A stretch of 63,920 bases of DNA, filler included, from Bigelowiella natans CCMP2755 (GCA_000320545.1; 6 parts of 6 records of this genome joined end to end with filler, not necessarily neighbours in it), one strand, 5' to 3'; counted from the first letter of the whole stretch, positions 13,808-30,152 are shown. Numbers and translations: made by a program. The notes: generated by a model not told the origin, from the letters alone.

Positions 13808-14466
13808 ATTTGCGACAGCCTCGTCTGACCACAGTCTTTCTGCTGCTGCACACACTAATGTCCAACTATACCTAATGTGTATCATCATGAATCACGATGA
13901 AAAGAGTATCATTCAAGATTACGAAATGCTAGTAGCCGCACAACCGACATCAACACCGTCATCATCATCACCGTCATCATACAATATTCATCGTGTGTAT
14001 GTGCAACAATATGTTCTTTAGATGAGCTGTGTATCCATCCATTTTACCACTCCTTAAGCACGTTAGCCTCCACCTTTATAATTGATCATGATCGCAGCAG
14101 CAGCAGCAGCAGAATTGTGTACTTTATTATCATATATTATCGACAACCAACGTTATTGTCATTAGCAATCAACCGATATCATACATGATGATGAACTACT
14201 ACAACAACTACTACTACTACTACCTCAAACGCTGCCGTAGTCCCCCCTCTCACACGTCTTCTAACTCCATCGGGAAGACTTACCATCTATTGGGAGGAGG
14301 GAGGGAGGGGGAGAATGGATGTTGACGACGACGACGATGATCATCATCATCATCATGATCAATGATAGATGGTGGTGGTGGTGGTGATGATGATAATGGT
14401 GATGATATCCTTACTTTCTTGCTCACGTCTGGTGCAGTAAACAATCCTTATTATAATACATAACCC

Positions 14467-14499
<33 letters not shown>

Positions 14500-14671
14500 A
14501 ACTATATCAGTGGAAGAAGAAGAAGTAGTGTTAGTGGGGAAGGACGGTGAAGAAAATTAACACGAGGAGTAGTATATCTGCTTCTCTCATCCTCCTCCTC
14601 CTCCTCCTCCTCAGCATTCGTCGTTGACTCGTTTGTTTCTCACATATGAGAGTGGTAGTCATGCTACTTCA

Positions 14672-14702
<31 letters not shown>

Positions 14703-14741
14703 TTCCTACTATACAAATCTAACTAAAGTAATACTGATGTA

Positions 14742-14774
<33 letters not shown>

Positions 14775-14811
14775 ATAGATGATTCAAATTGATAACAATA
14801 ATAACAATAAC

Positions 14812-14843
<32 letters not shown>

Positions 14844-14909
14844 CCTTCGCAAACTTTCCCCACGGAGACACATAGAATTGATCGAAGCACCTAAGAGGAA
14901 GAAGAAGAA

Positions 14910-14947
<38 letters not shown>

Positions 14948-14981
14948 TAATTGATGACGACGACGCACTAGCACACACACC

Positions 14982-15039
<58 letters not shown>

Positions 15040-15189
15040 AATACATAAACACAGAGACTTCGTTTGGAGTTGTTACTGCTGTTAAATAGTTGTAGCACGT
15101 ACCGGCAGATATATGCACCGGTTATATGCAGCAGCAATGCATGGCACCACTTATTTAAGAAGGAGCTATCGTGACTACTACAACTATTT

Positions 15190-15223
<34 letters not shown>

Positions 15224-16172
15224 CATATCGTTATCATATCCAATGATCTGAGCAGTAGTGTGTTAAAGGAAGAGAAGTGGAAGAAGAACTGATACTTGCT
15301 CTGTACTACCTCTCGCAACCAAAGTTCTGATTCTGTTGCTGCTTGGTAGGATGGGGGGGGACATACCTAATAAACCAAGATGATCATCATGATGCATCAT
15401 GCTAATGATAATAATCTACTGCTGCTGCTATTTGCGTTGGTAGTTGTGTTGGCAGTGGTTGTGCCTACGAAGAAGAAGATAAAAACGAAGAACCAACCAT
15501 TGCTCTGACGTGAGGAGGAGAGGAAAGGTAAGTGGTTTTGGCAGAAACGAGCCCCAATGTTCTTGCACACCGCCAAGAATCAACATCTCATTGAACCCTC
15601 GCCAAGACATTCCCCATGTATCTGATGATCATGATGATGATATTATTATTATTATTATATACGATGATAGCGATCATTATCATACTACTACTAGTAGTAG
15701 TACCTCTGAATAACTCTGGATGCATGATGAGAGGAGATACCTACATGATACCAATTAACTAACATTCAAACACGCAACGAAACGACGACTACTTCAGCTT
15801 TGTCTGCGCATATTTTCTTCCTCTTCTTCTCTTGTTGTTGTTGTTGTTGTTGTGCTTGTCGTTTGTCGGCTGCTGCTTCTGACTGCAACCGGGTGACTGA
15901 CCCCATTAGCTTGGTGAGATTCTACCAAATCCATCCATCTTATCACCGATCTCTGTTGATTGATTGTTAGCATCACACATCACATCATATCACGATAATC
16001 AGCACAACACACTACTACTTCTAGGTTGGTGAGAATCATTCCATTACTGATAATCTCTTGATTATTTATGACAACAAATATCATCATCACAAACAGGGGA
16101 GAACCAGCCACGATTATAATATCTCATCATGGCCATCATCATCGTTATCGCTAAACACACACACACACTGAT

Positions 16173-16207
<35 letters not shown>

Positions 16208-16998
16208 GATTCACTGTTACTACTACCTTGAACGGCAGTCTGTTAAGAATCTGTTTTAACTGAGTTTCGAAATAGTACAAGCAATCTTCCAAGTTGTCGC
16301 ATGTCTCAGGATCCTAGTGCCAATTAGTGCATCATTATCAAATAAAATTGAACATTATTCATGATCAATTCCATCTCTTATTTTGTTGTTATTATTCCTT
16401 CATTTTGTTGTTGTTCTCAGACCTTAGCGGAGTTAATTGTAGCATTGTTATTACTACTACTACTACTACTACTACTACCGATTTTCCGCATGAAGTTGAA
16501 ATTCCTCTATGGAAGCATTCACTCGAAAACTGAATTACAGCAGCAGCAGCAGCAAGCAAGTAATGAATATAATTAGGGTTGGGGATCCAACCCTACACAA
16601 CAAGTATTTTATAGTAAGTGTTGTAGTAGTAGTAGTAGTAGTAGTAGTTGTAGTAGTAGTACCTCATCACCGCCAAGGTGTATTAAGGGATCTGGAAAGA
16701 TCCCATTAACTTGCTGCAATACACTCTCAATAGCGACGTATGTAGCTTTCTGAACATACCACGAGGTAGTACCAGTTGTAAGGGGTGGCAAGGAGTATTG
16801 GAAGCAGGATAATCTTCTCACACCACTATCATCATCATCACCATCACCATCATTATCATGCACAAACACACTCACGCGATTTATTTTGAGAGGAATTCCC
16901 CATGAGCGGACTCCGTTGCAACACATGGCTAAGTCGCCCCCCCAGCCCTGTAAAGATCATCATCATCATCAGCAGCAGCAGCAGCAGCATATTATTAA

Positions 16999-17029
<31 letters not shown>

Positions 17030-17123
17030 CGTTAAGAGAGGAGAAAGGAGTCGATACTGACTTATAATAATAAGTTAGACCACCTTCTAATAATAGCAAA
17101 ATCATCATCATCATCCTCATTCT

Positions 17124-17156
<33 letters not shown>

Positions 17157-17497
17157 TTACTACTACTACAAGTGTTGAAGAGGATAATGGACTACTCCTA
17201 CGAAAGATAGATCATAACCACCTTTGCATGTCCTGGCAAGTCAATTTCTGGAACAATCCTTATTCCACGTGCGTATGCGTAGGAGACAAGATCTCGCAGC
17301 TCAGAATCAGAGTATGTTTGCTTGTTTTGTTGGAGTTTATCAGCCTATAATAAACAGAAGGATGGGGCATGATTGTACATGTATAATTATGTATTTTTTA
17401 ACTATGTAATAGGCATTAGGAGGAAGGACAATTAGGTAGTAGTAGCAGTAAGTCATCATAAAGACCCTCATTATATTGTTTGTCTAGTACCCTATAT

Positions 17498-17574
<77 letters not shown>

Positions 17575-17926
17575 ATATATAAGCAACAGTAGCGGTAGTA
17601 GAAGTAGTAGTAGAAGAAGTAGTAGTAGTAGTGGTTGTCGTTGCAATAGTACCCTACAATCTGTGCATGCATGGACTTTTGGGTTGCGTAAGACGAATCT
17701 ATCCATAGAAGGGAGGAGGAGGAGGAGGACCAGGAGGAAATAGTAGATTGTAAGCTATCATCATCATTATTATTATAATTATTATTATCAAATTTAGCAA
17801 ATAGAGAATAGACTTCCTCCAACGATAACGGAAGAAGAAGAAGAAGAAAGAAGAATAGACACATGGTATAAATCTTGTAGTATAGATTCTGATCAACAGA
17901 ATTAGTCACGATATTATCAGCCCCCC

Positions 17927-17961
<35 letters not shown>

Positions 17962-18313
17962 TTACCCTGTGTCGTCTGTCAGACGCAAATGGACCACGTT
18001 CATTTTAACACGCGCTGCCTAATGATATGAATTAATAATAAAATATACTACTACATATCCAGGGTGAATGATACAGACCCTTGTTTGTATTACACACACA
18101 CACATGTATTATGTGTATATATATGTGTGTATGTGTATATGTATGTGTGGGCACAATATAAAGAACATCAAAAGCAAAAGTAAGAATAGCATTAATATGG
18201 TGAAAAGGAGGAAGTAAGTTGTTATTCTTTTAACCATCTCCACAGCCTCTTTGAGATCATTCAGTGAATACGCAGAACGTGCGGCATCAACTGTGAAGCC
18301 TCTATATTCAAAC
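11966..18313 (-). CDS. GH20 beta-N-acetylhexosaminidase with C-terminal EF-hand pair (5' end cut by contig end)
   Basis: Exons: RFEYRGFTVDAAR (~18300), VKMNVVHLRLTDD (~17990), YARGIRIVPEIDLPGHA (~17250), IHLGGDE catalytic motif (~16675), AAAERLWS (~13835). These are followed by a Ser/Glu linker and the EF loops DSNSDG/HWTLREL (~12890/12695) and DADHNG/AIELKEY (~12390/12200). The last exon and stop are approximate. Confidence 0.88.
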
Positions 18314-18569
18314 CTAGTGGGTGGGTGGGGGGTAGAAGGTAGTTAGAGGAGCAGAGAGGAGGGAGAGGAAGATACAGCCAACACAGGAGGAGGAGGAGGC
18401 CAATGTGTGTTGTTGATACATTGATCGGTATCGTCTCCTTATCGTCGATGCAGTACTAAGCGCGACTATTTGTGCTTGTTGTTGTTCTTCTTCCTCCTTT
18501 TACCATCATATACACATACATACATACATACATGCATACATACGCACGCATAAACATAAGGCATAAACA

Positions 18570-18610
<41 letters not shown>

Positions 18611-18647
18611 ACAGAACGAAACGACGTAGATACATACTACGTAATAT

Positions 18648-18747
18648 NNNNNNNNNNNNNNNNNNNNNNNNNNNNNNNNNNNNNNNNNNNNTTAATTAAT
18701 TAANNNNNNNNNNNNNNNNNNNNNNNNNNNNNNNNNNNNNNNNNNNN
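18648..18747. other. Artificial contig linker
   Basis: N44-TTAATTAATTAA-N44 (six-frame stop spacer); five identical copies in the window. Confidence 0.98.
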
Positions 18748-18854
18748 ACAAGCCCCCCCTCTGCTGTTTTATATCAAACAAAAACTCTGAATATGCAAAG
18801 CGCACGTGGCGACATCGGAAAAAAAAAAAGCAGAAAGAAACCGACACGTACAGA

Positions 18855-19834
18855 CGTTGATTTTCTGCATTTCTGGCGAGTTTAGGAGCGAGGAAACGAC
18901 AATGGGCTCGGCTGTATAGCCTCTCTCTCTCATAATGAAGCCCGTGTTTGTCCCTTTCCTGGTAAGTGACGGAGGGGTGGAGGGGGAGAAGTGAGGTGAA
19001 ATCGGTTTGTTTTGGCTGAAACAACTGATCTAACAAGCAAACACCACCATCCATGGTATATTTCCCAACATTAGCAATAACATCGAGGAAAGCTCTCGCG
19101 GAATACTTGTTCTGCATTGCGTTTCAAGAAGCGATACTGTAAAATACTGTCCATGCGTGCTGCCCCATCCGCGACTTATTCACTCGGTTCGCCATCATCA
19201 TCATCCCCATCATCATCATCCGTACGTGTATTGCTTCGAGGAAAGAATTGCGCTGTGAATAGGTCGCTCTCACTTACCCTGATCCCGGAGCCCCTCCAAG
19301 CCACCTTTAGGGAAAAAAGAAGAAGGGGGGGAGGAGGGAGATGTTGAGCTGATGTCATTGCTTAGTGATAAGACGATGTGATCATGGAAAGAGGCATGCA
19401 TTGTAGCTTACATTATCTCTCGCGGGAAGACCATCCCTTCTTGCCCTCTTGACTCAGCGATCGAGTTCCAAACCTCGGTGAACAGTATCTACGACGAATG
19501 ACAGCAAATCAATGGTGGGCGTTACCCATTCGTTTGGCGAGGATGGGATAAGCAGCGTCATCGATCATGACTATCAGTTTATGATCGCAGAAATCCTCAT
19601 GGTTGCATACTCGCATGGACCCGTATAGGGTGTTATGATTTTCAAATGGCCGCGATAGAGGTGGAGAAACGCTTATCGAGCGTGATATCATTGATCACCT
19701 CTGCATTTTCGTCAACGGTTTTGGAGTTCTTGCCCTCAGGAACACTCCTAATGGTAAGTGAGATGAGTGCCTCCGTGCTTCTCGATATACTTTCATTCAC
19801 TTTTCGGCGAAGTGGAAACATGTATAAATTGCTG

Positions 19835-19894
<60 letters not shown>

Positions 19895-20121
19895 TTTATT
19901 TTTTTGGTATGTCATATGAAATCACGCCATCGAGCGTGTGCCAACGCACAACCTCAAGACATTCATAACTACGTTTTCTGCGAATTCGAAGTGGAGAATG
20001 AAGCTCGGCCCCACTTGCCCTCAACTCGCCGAGCAGCACAAAGGAGAGCAGAAGCGCCCCTTAGTCCAGAAGGCCTGATTATCCTTTGAATCCTCCTCAG
20101 TTGACGGAAGGATCGTAGCAT
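18855..20121 (-). CDS. Adenylate kinase-like P-loop NMP kinase with mitochondrial-type presequence (3' truncated)
   Basis: [22 protein letters not shown] is an Arg-rich, acid-poor leader. Downstream exons read [25 protein letters not shown] / WLGGAPGSG / [29 protein letters not shown], with the P-loop GAPGSGKGT split by an intron. Confidence 0.85.
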
Positions 20122-20712
20122 CGTAGTTGTAGTATCGTAATGTCGGGATTTGGGGGGGGATAGATAGATATTCACAGCTGGGCTGATCTGATTTCAAACG
20201 GATACGTGATATCTTAAAGATGAGACATCACAAATTCATTGTCGCAGCTCATATATGTCATTAATTTCACCCTAAAATAAGCCAGCACTTTGCTTAATAA
20301 ACTTTGAACTCAGCGGAATCCTTGGATCAGCCCTTTTGGTTTTTAGATCGCGACAAGAACAAAGCCGCGATATATTTTAAATATGGAGAGCTCGGCCCAA
20401 AAATTCTTGGAGAGCTGTGCGGGCGTATGATCGGCGTGTTCGCATTTCCTCGTATTGTCGCAGCTGACAATTTAGCCTCGATTCGAAGGGAGGATCAGTG
20501 TCTTAATTTGAAGTTTCACATTTGATTGGAGGAATTCGCAAAATCTATGCGGTTTTTGGTCCGAATTTATCCAGAAATGTTGTCGCATTTATTCTTGAGA
20601 AGGCTCGTCGCTTCCGCGACTCTCCCCCTGCGGCAGTTTCCGAAAAGCACAAGGGGTGGGGCTGGATCGAGTCGTGATTTCCTGATAGCTGAACATGCGG
20701 CTCTGAGCTTCC

Positions 20713-22535
20713 ATGCCCAGTCGGAGTAGTACATCGTGGGAGGTATCATCATCGTCATTCTCTGATTGCAATATGGATTGGGCGATATTAGAGCGCGTCT
20801 GTGTATTATGTGTGTGTGTGTGTGTGTTAATGTGCTATGAAGGACCCAAAGGGATTACAGAAGTCCTCATGCTGTCCAGCATTTCTTGCCGTTCTTCTCC
20901 AGGGATACCGAGGCCGATTGAAGTGTATAGCAGTCTTTTCGGGTGTCATATTTATGATTGTTTTGCTCTATATCTTCACGCCCTCCTCGTCCACACACCA
21001 TCAAGACCCTTTCCCTTCCAAGGCGGATGCTTTCGCGCCCAAAGATCATGCAAACCGGAACACCAGAGGGAGGAGACATGGTAGTTATATTCATTCGTGA
21101 AAGGAAGTTGAGAAGATTGAACAGTGAAACAAGTAACCTCTAGAGATGATATCTATCCTTCTTCATTCGTCCATCCCCCCTCCCTATTACTATAGCCAAT
21201 CGTCCCAGGAACACGACGATAACTGTTAGTCACAAGATCAAAGGTGAGAATGCCGGGCAAACTCCAGTGAAAAGCGCTGGTTTTTCTCAGACTGAAACGG
21301 CGCATCACTCCCCCACCACCACTACCGCCATGGCGATGAGGCCGAAGCCCAAGATGCCGGGGGGGCGGCACTCGTGGAGATGCCACAACCGAAAGTACCG
21401 TCTCCTCCTCCGAAACGAGAAAAACTTCATGAATAGACCGCGCGAGCTGCCGCTGCTGAACAACGACTTGCTCTCCACGCTACTGATTGTGCCGGTCCAG
21501 TTCCGAGCGGACACCCCCGCGTTCAAAATGGCGCTCCCGCACCCGTGCGTAGACGCCGACAACGTCGTCGGCGAATGGCTCGAGAGCGGTTCCTTCCAGT
21601 CCGGCGGGATGGAGTTCTGCTCGGTTTTCAACGCGCTGCTCCGGCCGGCAGCTGCGGCGACTCCCGCCGAGGCCGCCTCTCCACGAGCGCCGCTCGTGAT
21701 CGATGTGGGCGCGAACCTCGGGTTCTACACGCTGTTCTCCGCCTCCGTCGGGGCTCGGGTCATCTCCATTGAGCTGCAGACACGGTGGGCCGTCGCCATC
21801 GAGCACTCCGCCCTCGCGAACGGGTGGCTGCGGACAGGGCAGGTGACTGTGCAGAACGTGGCGCTGGGGAGTCAAGGCGATGTCGGATCCTCTCTTCGGT
21901 GCGTTGGCAAGGAGAGGACGCCCCACCATCAGAGCCATGCGCTGCACTCCCCAGGGGACTGCGAGCGGGCTGAGGGGGTGGTAGCGGCGAGGGGGGGGGG
22001 GCGGGGGGGAGACCCGACGGTGGACCTCGTGCCTTTCGCCACGCTGGAGTCGCTCGTTCCCAAAGACGAGAAGGTTCGCCTCCTGAAGCTCGACTGCGAC
22101 GGGTGCGAGGACGGCGCGTACGAGGGGATGCGCCCGCTGCTGGAGCAGCGGCGGGTTGACTTCGTGATGGCGGAGAGCGGCTCCGGGGACGTGTTTCCGA
22201 ACGAGCGCGACGGCACCGACTCGTGGTTCGTCAAGATGGTGAAGCGCTACCGACCCCAGATGTACATCGCGTCGTTGCGCTACTCCATGGAGGACGGCAA
22301 GCTGCCCTCAGACACGAGCTGCAGCACGTTTGCCGGCCTCCAGGCGGAGGAGGCGCGCGACGATTTCTACGGGAGGGTGAGCGAGTTTGCGGAAGCCGTC
22401 GGCGCGGTGCGGCCAGGCGATGTGTCGAGGACGAAGGGCTACGTGGAGAGCTTCGAGGTCCTGGAGAAATACCTCAGGGCGTGCGAGCACGTGCATGTAC
22501 AGATTGACATCCTTCTGGACTTCAGAGAAAAATAG
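20713..22535 (+). CDS. FkbM-family SAM methyltransferase, predicted type II membrane anchor; approx join(20713..20742,20842..21080,21196..22535)
   Basis: VIDVGANLGFYTL..ARVISIE and LLKLDCDGCE are FkbM motifs. The upstream exon carries a TM segment (CIAVFSGVIFMIVLLYIF) and splices in frame. Confidence 0.85.
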
Positions 22536-23271
22536 GGCATGAAAAGGTCGCCGCTATCTGATCGAGCAACATCTTAAAAAAACAGTTATACAATTACAAA
22601 TAGGCCCGAACGCGCACGCATTTATCGACATATCTAGATATACCGCCCATGATTTGTGCGCGTGCGTGTACCTGCTCTCGTGCTGGCTAGTTGGGCTCGC
22701 GCTTTCTTGCTAGCTTTGTGAAGTAGCGCGAGATCGAGCCCAGCAGTGCCCTGCTAGCATGTTATGAGCAATCTAGCTTTATGCATCAAGCCATTGTAGC
22801 GCTCATCAGGGTGGAGTACGACTAACGGTAATGATAATGATAATAATATAACGGGAGCATGCTAGCATGCATGGTCAATTTCGACAATAACAAAAATAAA
22901 CCATGTAATTATTGCAAATGAAACAACTACTCGTATTCTGTATTCATCACTATACTGCGAATGATAATGTGCCGATAAGCTAAGAAGGAATGACAAATAA
23001 TTGATAATGCACCGTACAATACGATAGCAGTCTATCTGGCTATCTGGATGCTAATACATGCAGCTATGGTGGCAGCGGTGCACTTGCGTGCGGCGTGTGC
23101 AGCGCTCACATATTCGACATGACAAACAGTCATTACAACTGCCTATACACATACGATGTACTAGAGCTCTTCCATTAATCATGCCTCACAAGATAGGATG
23201 CGTTCATTTACATTCATGTATATATATTCATATATATATTCCTTGCATCATCATCATCGTCGTCGTCGTCG

Positions 23272-23766
23272 TCATCGCTGTTTCTTCGACTCCTCGCGCT
23301 TTTGCTTCCGCAACTTCATCATTTTGTAGTTCCATCGCTTTGTAGTTCGCTGCCGGGCCGTGGTTGCGCCACTGCTTGTCGTCCGGTTATAGCTCTCATC
23401 AGGACTATATTTACTACGGCTATTACTGCTCACGCCGCCGCTGCTGCTGCTACTTCTTTTCACATCAGCGCCCGTGGTAGTGGGCAGCATTTGAGCTTGT
23501 TTCCTGTGCAATTTTTGTAGAATTGGTAGAGGAGGAGGAATAAAGAAGAAGGCGGAGGAAGGAGGAGGAGGGGGGGGGGGGGGCGGAGGGATAAAGATGA
23601 TGCGATCTGAAATAAACGCTAGAACCCGTTCAAAATTTCTCTTTTTCCGTTTCATTAATTTTTTTTAATGATTTAACGATTCACGCCCCTCCATGCACCT
23701 GTACGTCTCTCTCGCGTGTGGACGATAGAGGCTGTTCTTGCACAGCTCGTAGCATTCACGTATTTT

Positions 23767-23815
<49 letters not shown>

Positions 23816-23971
23816 GTGATATATGTAAAAAGCAATAGGGAAGAAGAAGAAGAAGAAGAAGAAGAAGAAGAAGGAGGAGGCGGAGGAGGAGGAGGGGCAG
23901 GAGCAATACACACACCGAGAATATTAGTGCAAGGATGTCGCAAATACGTGCATATATAAATATGAAGATAT

Positions 23972-24013
<42 letters not shown>

Positions 24014-26075
24014 CAAAGTACCAGGTCGCATCCAGCCTTGCAGCATATTGAGCGTCATTTCATTCGGCGCCCCCCCCCTCGTTGGAAACCATCGCTTTCA
24101 CGCACTCAACCGCACGCTCGCTATCATCCGCCTGATACGCATGTGGAGGGGGAGATGTCCAGAGAGGAAGAGGTTGGAAGAGGAAGAGGGAATGGGGGGG
24201 GGGGAGGGGGCGCCTAAATGACGTGCGCAAGTCGCTCGAGAGGAATGGCAGCGCGAGCGAATACAGTCGGCAGCGTCACCGCAACGAGAGATGTACTGGC
24301 ACAACGCGCGCGCGCGTTCGTGCGGATTTAGGTGGCGACTACTACCATTCTGAAAAGGCCAAGCATGAAATTGAGATCTTCCCTGGTGGGCGCAACCCCG
24401 TCCCTTTTGAAAGGAGGAGGAGAGAGCGGCTTAGAATAGGTGAGGGGCGAGGGTATGTTTCTTCTTCGGACCCCGCTCTCCTCCCCCCCCCTCCCCCCCC
24501 CCCTTCACTATCTAGGATGATCCCTCATGCATTGCGAAGAATAGGTGACTGGAAATGGTTAATGCGAGTGGAAGTTGTTAAAGCAAGTGCAGTGTTTTCG
24601 CTCTTACTTATACATCTCCCCCATCACCGCAATCACGGGGCCAAGATCGAAGCTGTGCTGACGGTACACGCCGCCTTCTTTGGCAGAGAGCAAAGTGGGA
24701 AGGGGGGGGCGGATGTGTTAGGATCGCAACGCATATACGATGCAAAGACTGTCAGGACGGTGGAGATAAGAGATAACGACTTCGTTTTTCTGCCCATCCG
24801 CTAAGAGAGTATTGCCTTTTTTCTTTTTGTTTCTTTTGAAAAGGGACTACGATGATCACGCATTCATGCACATACATCGATAGAATGATGTTTGCATAAA
24901 TACACGCACGCGCGCACACATGGTTGATTCTGGATTCGCCCGCACCTCTTTTCACACTATTTTCAAATCACGCAAAAGGGGGGGGGGGGGGGAATCGAGA
25001 TGAAACAAGTTTCATCGAGTCTCTTACTCCTCGTCAAAAATCCTCCTCCTCCTTCTCCTCCTCCTCCTCCTCCTTCCTTCTCTTCGTCATGTCGTCTCTC
25101 CCCCCCCCCCTCTCGTTGCAGCTTGACGTAGTGCGTATAGAGCCCTCGGAGCATCATCGAGTGAATCTTGGCCGGCAATGGTTTATTGAGATAAATCTCT
25201 GCAAGGTGGTATGCCGCCTCCATCTCGGGCAGCAAGCCGCTTTTTTAAAAGAAACAATGGGGACAGGAAGGGGGGGGGGATGGGGGAGGTGGATGATTGC
25301 TGAAGTAGCGCGTTGTATTTAATAACTAAATATAAAGAGGTGTTGATGCGACATATCTATATACATATATAATATAATATATATATATATATATATTGCT
25401 CGCCCCCACCCTCTTGAGTAATGTCTAAGAATCGTGATAATCGTTCTCTCCGAGAGTGCCGCGCCCGTTGTCATCAGCTTCACAAGATAGGTAGACATGG
25501 CCTTAAGATTTCCGCAGCGCCCTAAAGAAGGATGGAGCAAGGGGGAGCGGGGGAGGGGGGGGGTTCAGTGCCATGCACAAAGAGTTGAATTGTGTGAAAT
25601 TTTGGTATTTTCCCAGATAGGCACTCAAATTTCCGGCATACATAACCGGAGGGGTGAGAGGCCCCCTCCCCCCCCCTTCCAACTACACTGCAAGACAGGC
25701 AAAGCCCGCGGCGGGGGGGTGGGCGGAGGCGCGCATGGGAGATCGGGGAGCGCTAAAGCAACTAACCGTGCGAGTCTAGCATCGCGGTATAGAGCTTCGA
25801 GGTGGGGGCAACCCCATTTAGAATCGCTAATGAGAACCATTTCTCTGCTCTCTCGACGTCAGCCGTAAGGCCATACTCGTCGCTCCTTCTGGCCTGGTTT
25901 GCAGCAGCGCCGCTGCTGATCGCCCCCCCCCCCTCCCCCCCCCCCTCCGTCGCGTGGTCGGGGCTGGGGAAGGGACTGCGGAGGTCGCTGTCCAATCGGA
26001 CATCCTCCGGCATTGGGCGGGGGGGGAAGGAGCAACTCAAGCGCACCAGCTCGGCATACCTGAGTCAAATTTATT
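23272..26075 (-). CDS. Pentatricopeptide-repeat (PPR) protein, multi-exon, 5' truncated
   Basis: PPR-like exons: DVERAEKWFSLAILNGVAPTSKLYTAMLDSH (~25770-25860), CGNLKAMSTYLVKLMTTGAALSERTIITILRHY (~25420-25518), LPAKIHSMMLRG (~25160). Confidence 0.7.
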
Positions 26076-26125
26076 GACAGGATGATATAAACACACAACA
26101 CACACACACACACACACACACACAC

Positions 26126-26172
<47 letters not shown>

Positions 26173-26393
26173 CATATTTTAATATTATATATTTGTGGGT
26201 GTGTGTGTGTGTGTGTGTGTGGTGGGGGGAAAAAAAAACCGGGGAATAAATCAGGCTTCGGTGTGGCGAGCGGGGGGGGCTGAGCTGCCCCCTCCCCCCC
26301 CGCCCAATGGGCGGCGGTGTTCGTTTGGAAAGAGACCCCCGCGGTCCCTTCCCAAGACCCGAGCACGCGATGGAGGGGGGGGGCGAGGGGGGG

Positions 26394-26493
26394 NNNNNNN
26401 NNNNNNNNNNNNNNNNNNNNNNNNNNNNNNNNNNNNNTTAATTAATTAANNNNNNNNNNNNNNNNNNNNNNNNNNNNNNNNNNNNNNNNNNNN
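26394..26493. other. Artificial contig linker
   Basis: N44-TTAATTAATTAA-N44. Confidence 0.98.
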
Positions 26494-26546
26494 GTTGTTC
26501 ATGCCCGCGACCCGGAATTCGGTTATGGGCTGATATCAAATGTGTA

Positions 26547-26581
<35 letters not shown>

Positions 26582-26585
26582 GTAC

Positions 26586-26625
<40 letters not shown>

Positions 26626-26779
26626 TTAGAAAATACACGTGCATAAAAAGCAGTCATGAGTTCGGGTCGCGACAGAGCAAAAACGAAGCAATGATCCTGA
26701 TGCAAGTGCCACTTCATCAGCATCATCTTCGAGTTCCCCCTCTCGCTAGTCCCCTCTTATTTCTCTTACGCGACTAACC

Positions 26780-29605
<2,826 letters not shown>

Positions 29606-30152
29606 CTTCAGGGGATCTCTTTCAGACTTTGGGCACTCCAGTCAAAACAAGTTCAGGATCAAAATCAATGCCGTTTTCACCTAATATTAGGTAAAATATT
29701 CAAAATTCGGAACTTAACCGCAGCTTCGGCAAGCCGAAGAATTCGGGATGGGAGGTTCCGACCCCCTGTGTTACTACTTGATCTCCTGTGAAAACCCCCA
29801 CTGTGCGACAATTTCGACACTGCCGGGCGCTTGGCAATGAGAGCTGCTAATCAAATTATGTTTTGCATCTACGACTACAAAAAAATGCTGACGCAACTTT
29901 TAGATGCCATTTTGGCGGGCTTTTTCGAAAAGGGTTATCTGGTTTTTGCAGCCGAGAAGAAACACTCTTTTGCCAATAAGTAAAGAGGGGAGGGTGGAAA
30001 TCGGATGGAAACACAGTGGGTTTTTTATTGTGCGACATGATTTTCGTTCTGTAATTGATGGTCGTCATTTTGTCCTTTGCGACAAGTTTTGAATTGCTAT
30101 TTTTAAGTGAGGTCGGGGCACAGGAATCATGTCATTCGCGCTACGAGCTGTA

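Noticed and set aside
18692-18703. Recurrent TTAATTAATTAA palindrome as a biological motif
   Set aside because: It is always centred in 44+44 N, so it is an artificial joiner.
21305-22507. Several overlapping ORFs within the FkbM exon
   Set aside because: High GC suppresses stops, and only the 422-aa frame has family motifs.
29655-29770. Short hairpins (CTTCGG-CAAG-CCGAAG, ACCTAATATTAGGT) as a possible ncRNA or tRNA
   Set aside because: No cloverleaf or box motifs, and stems this short are expected by chance.
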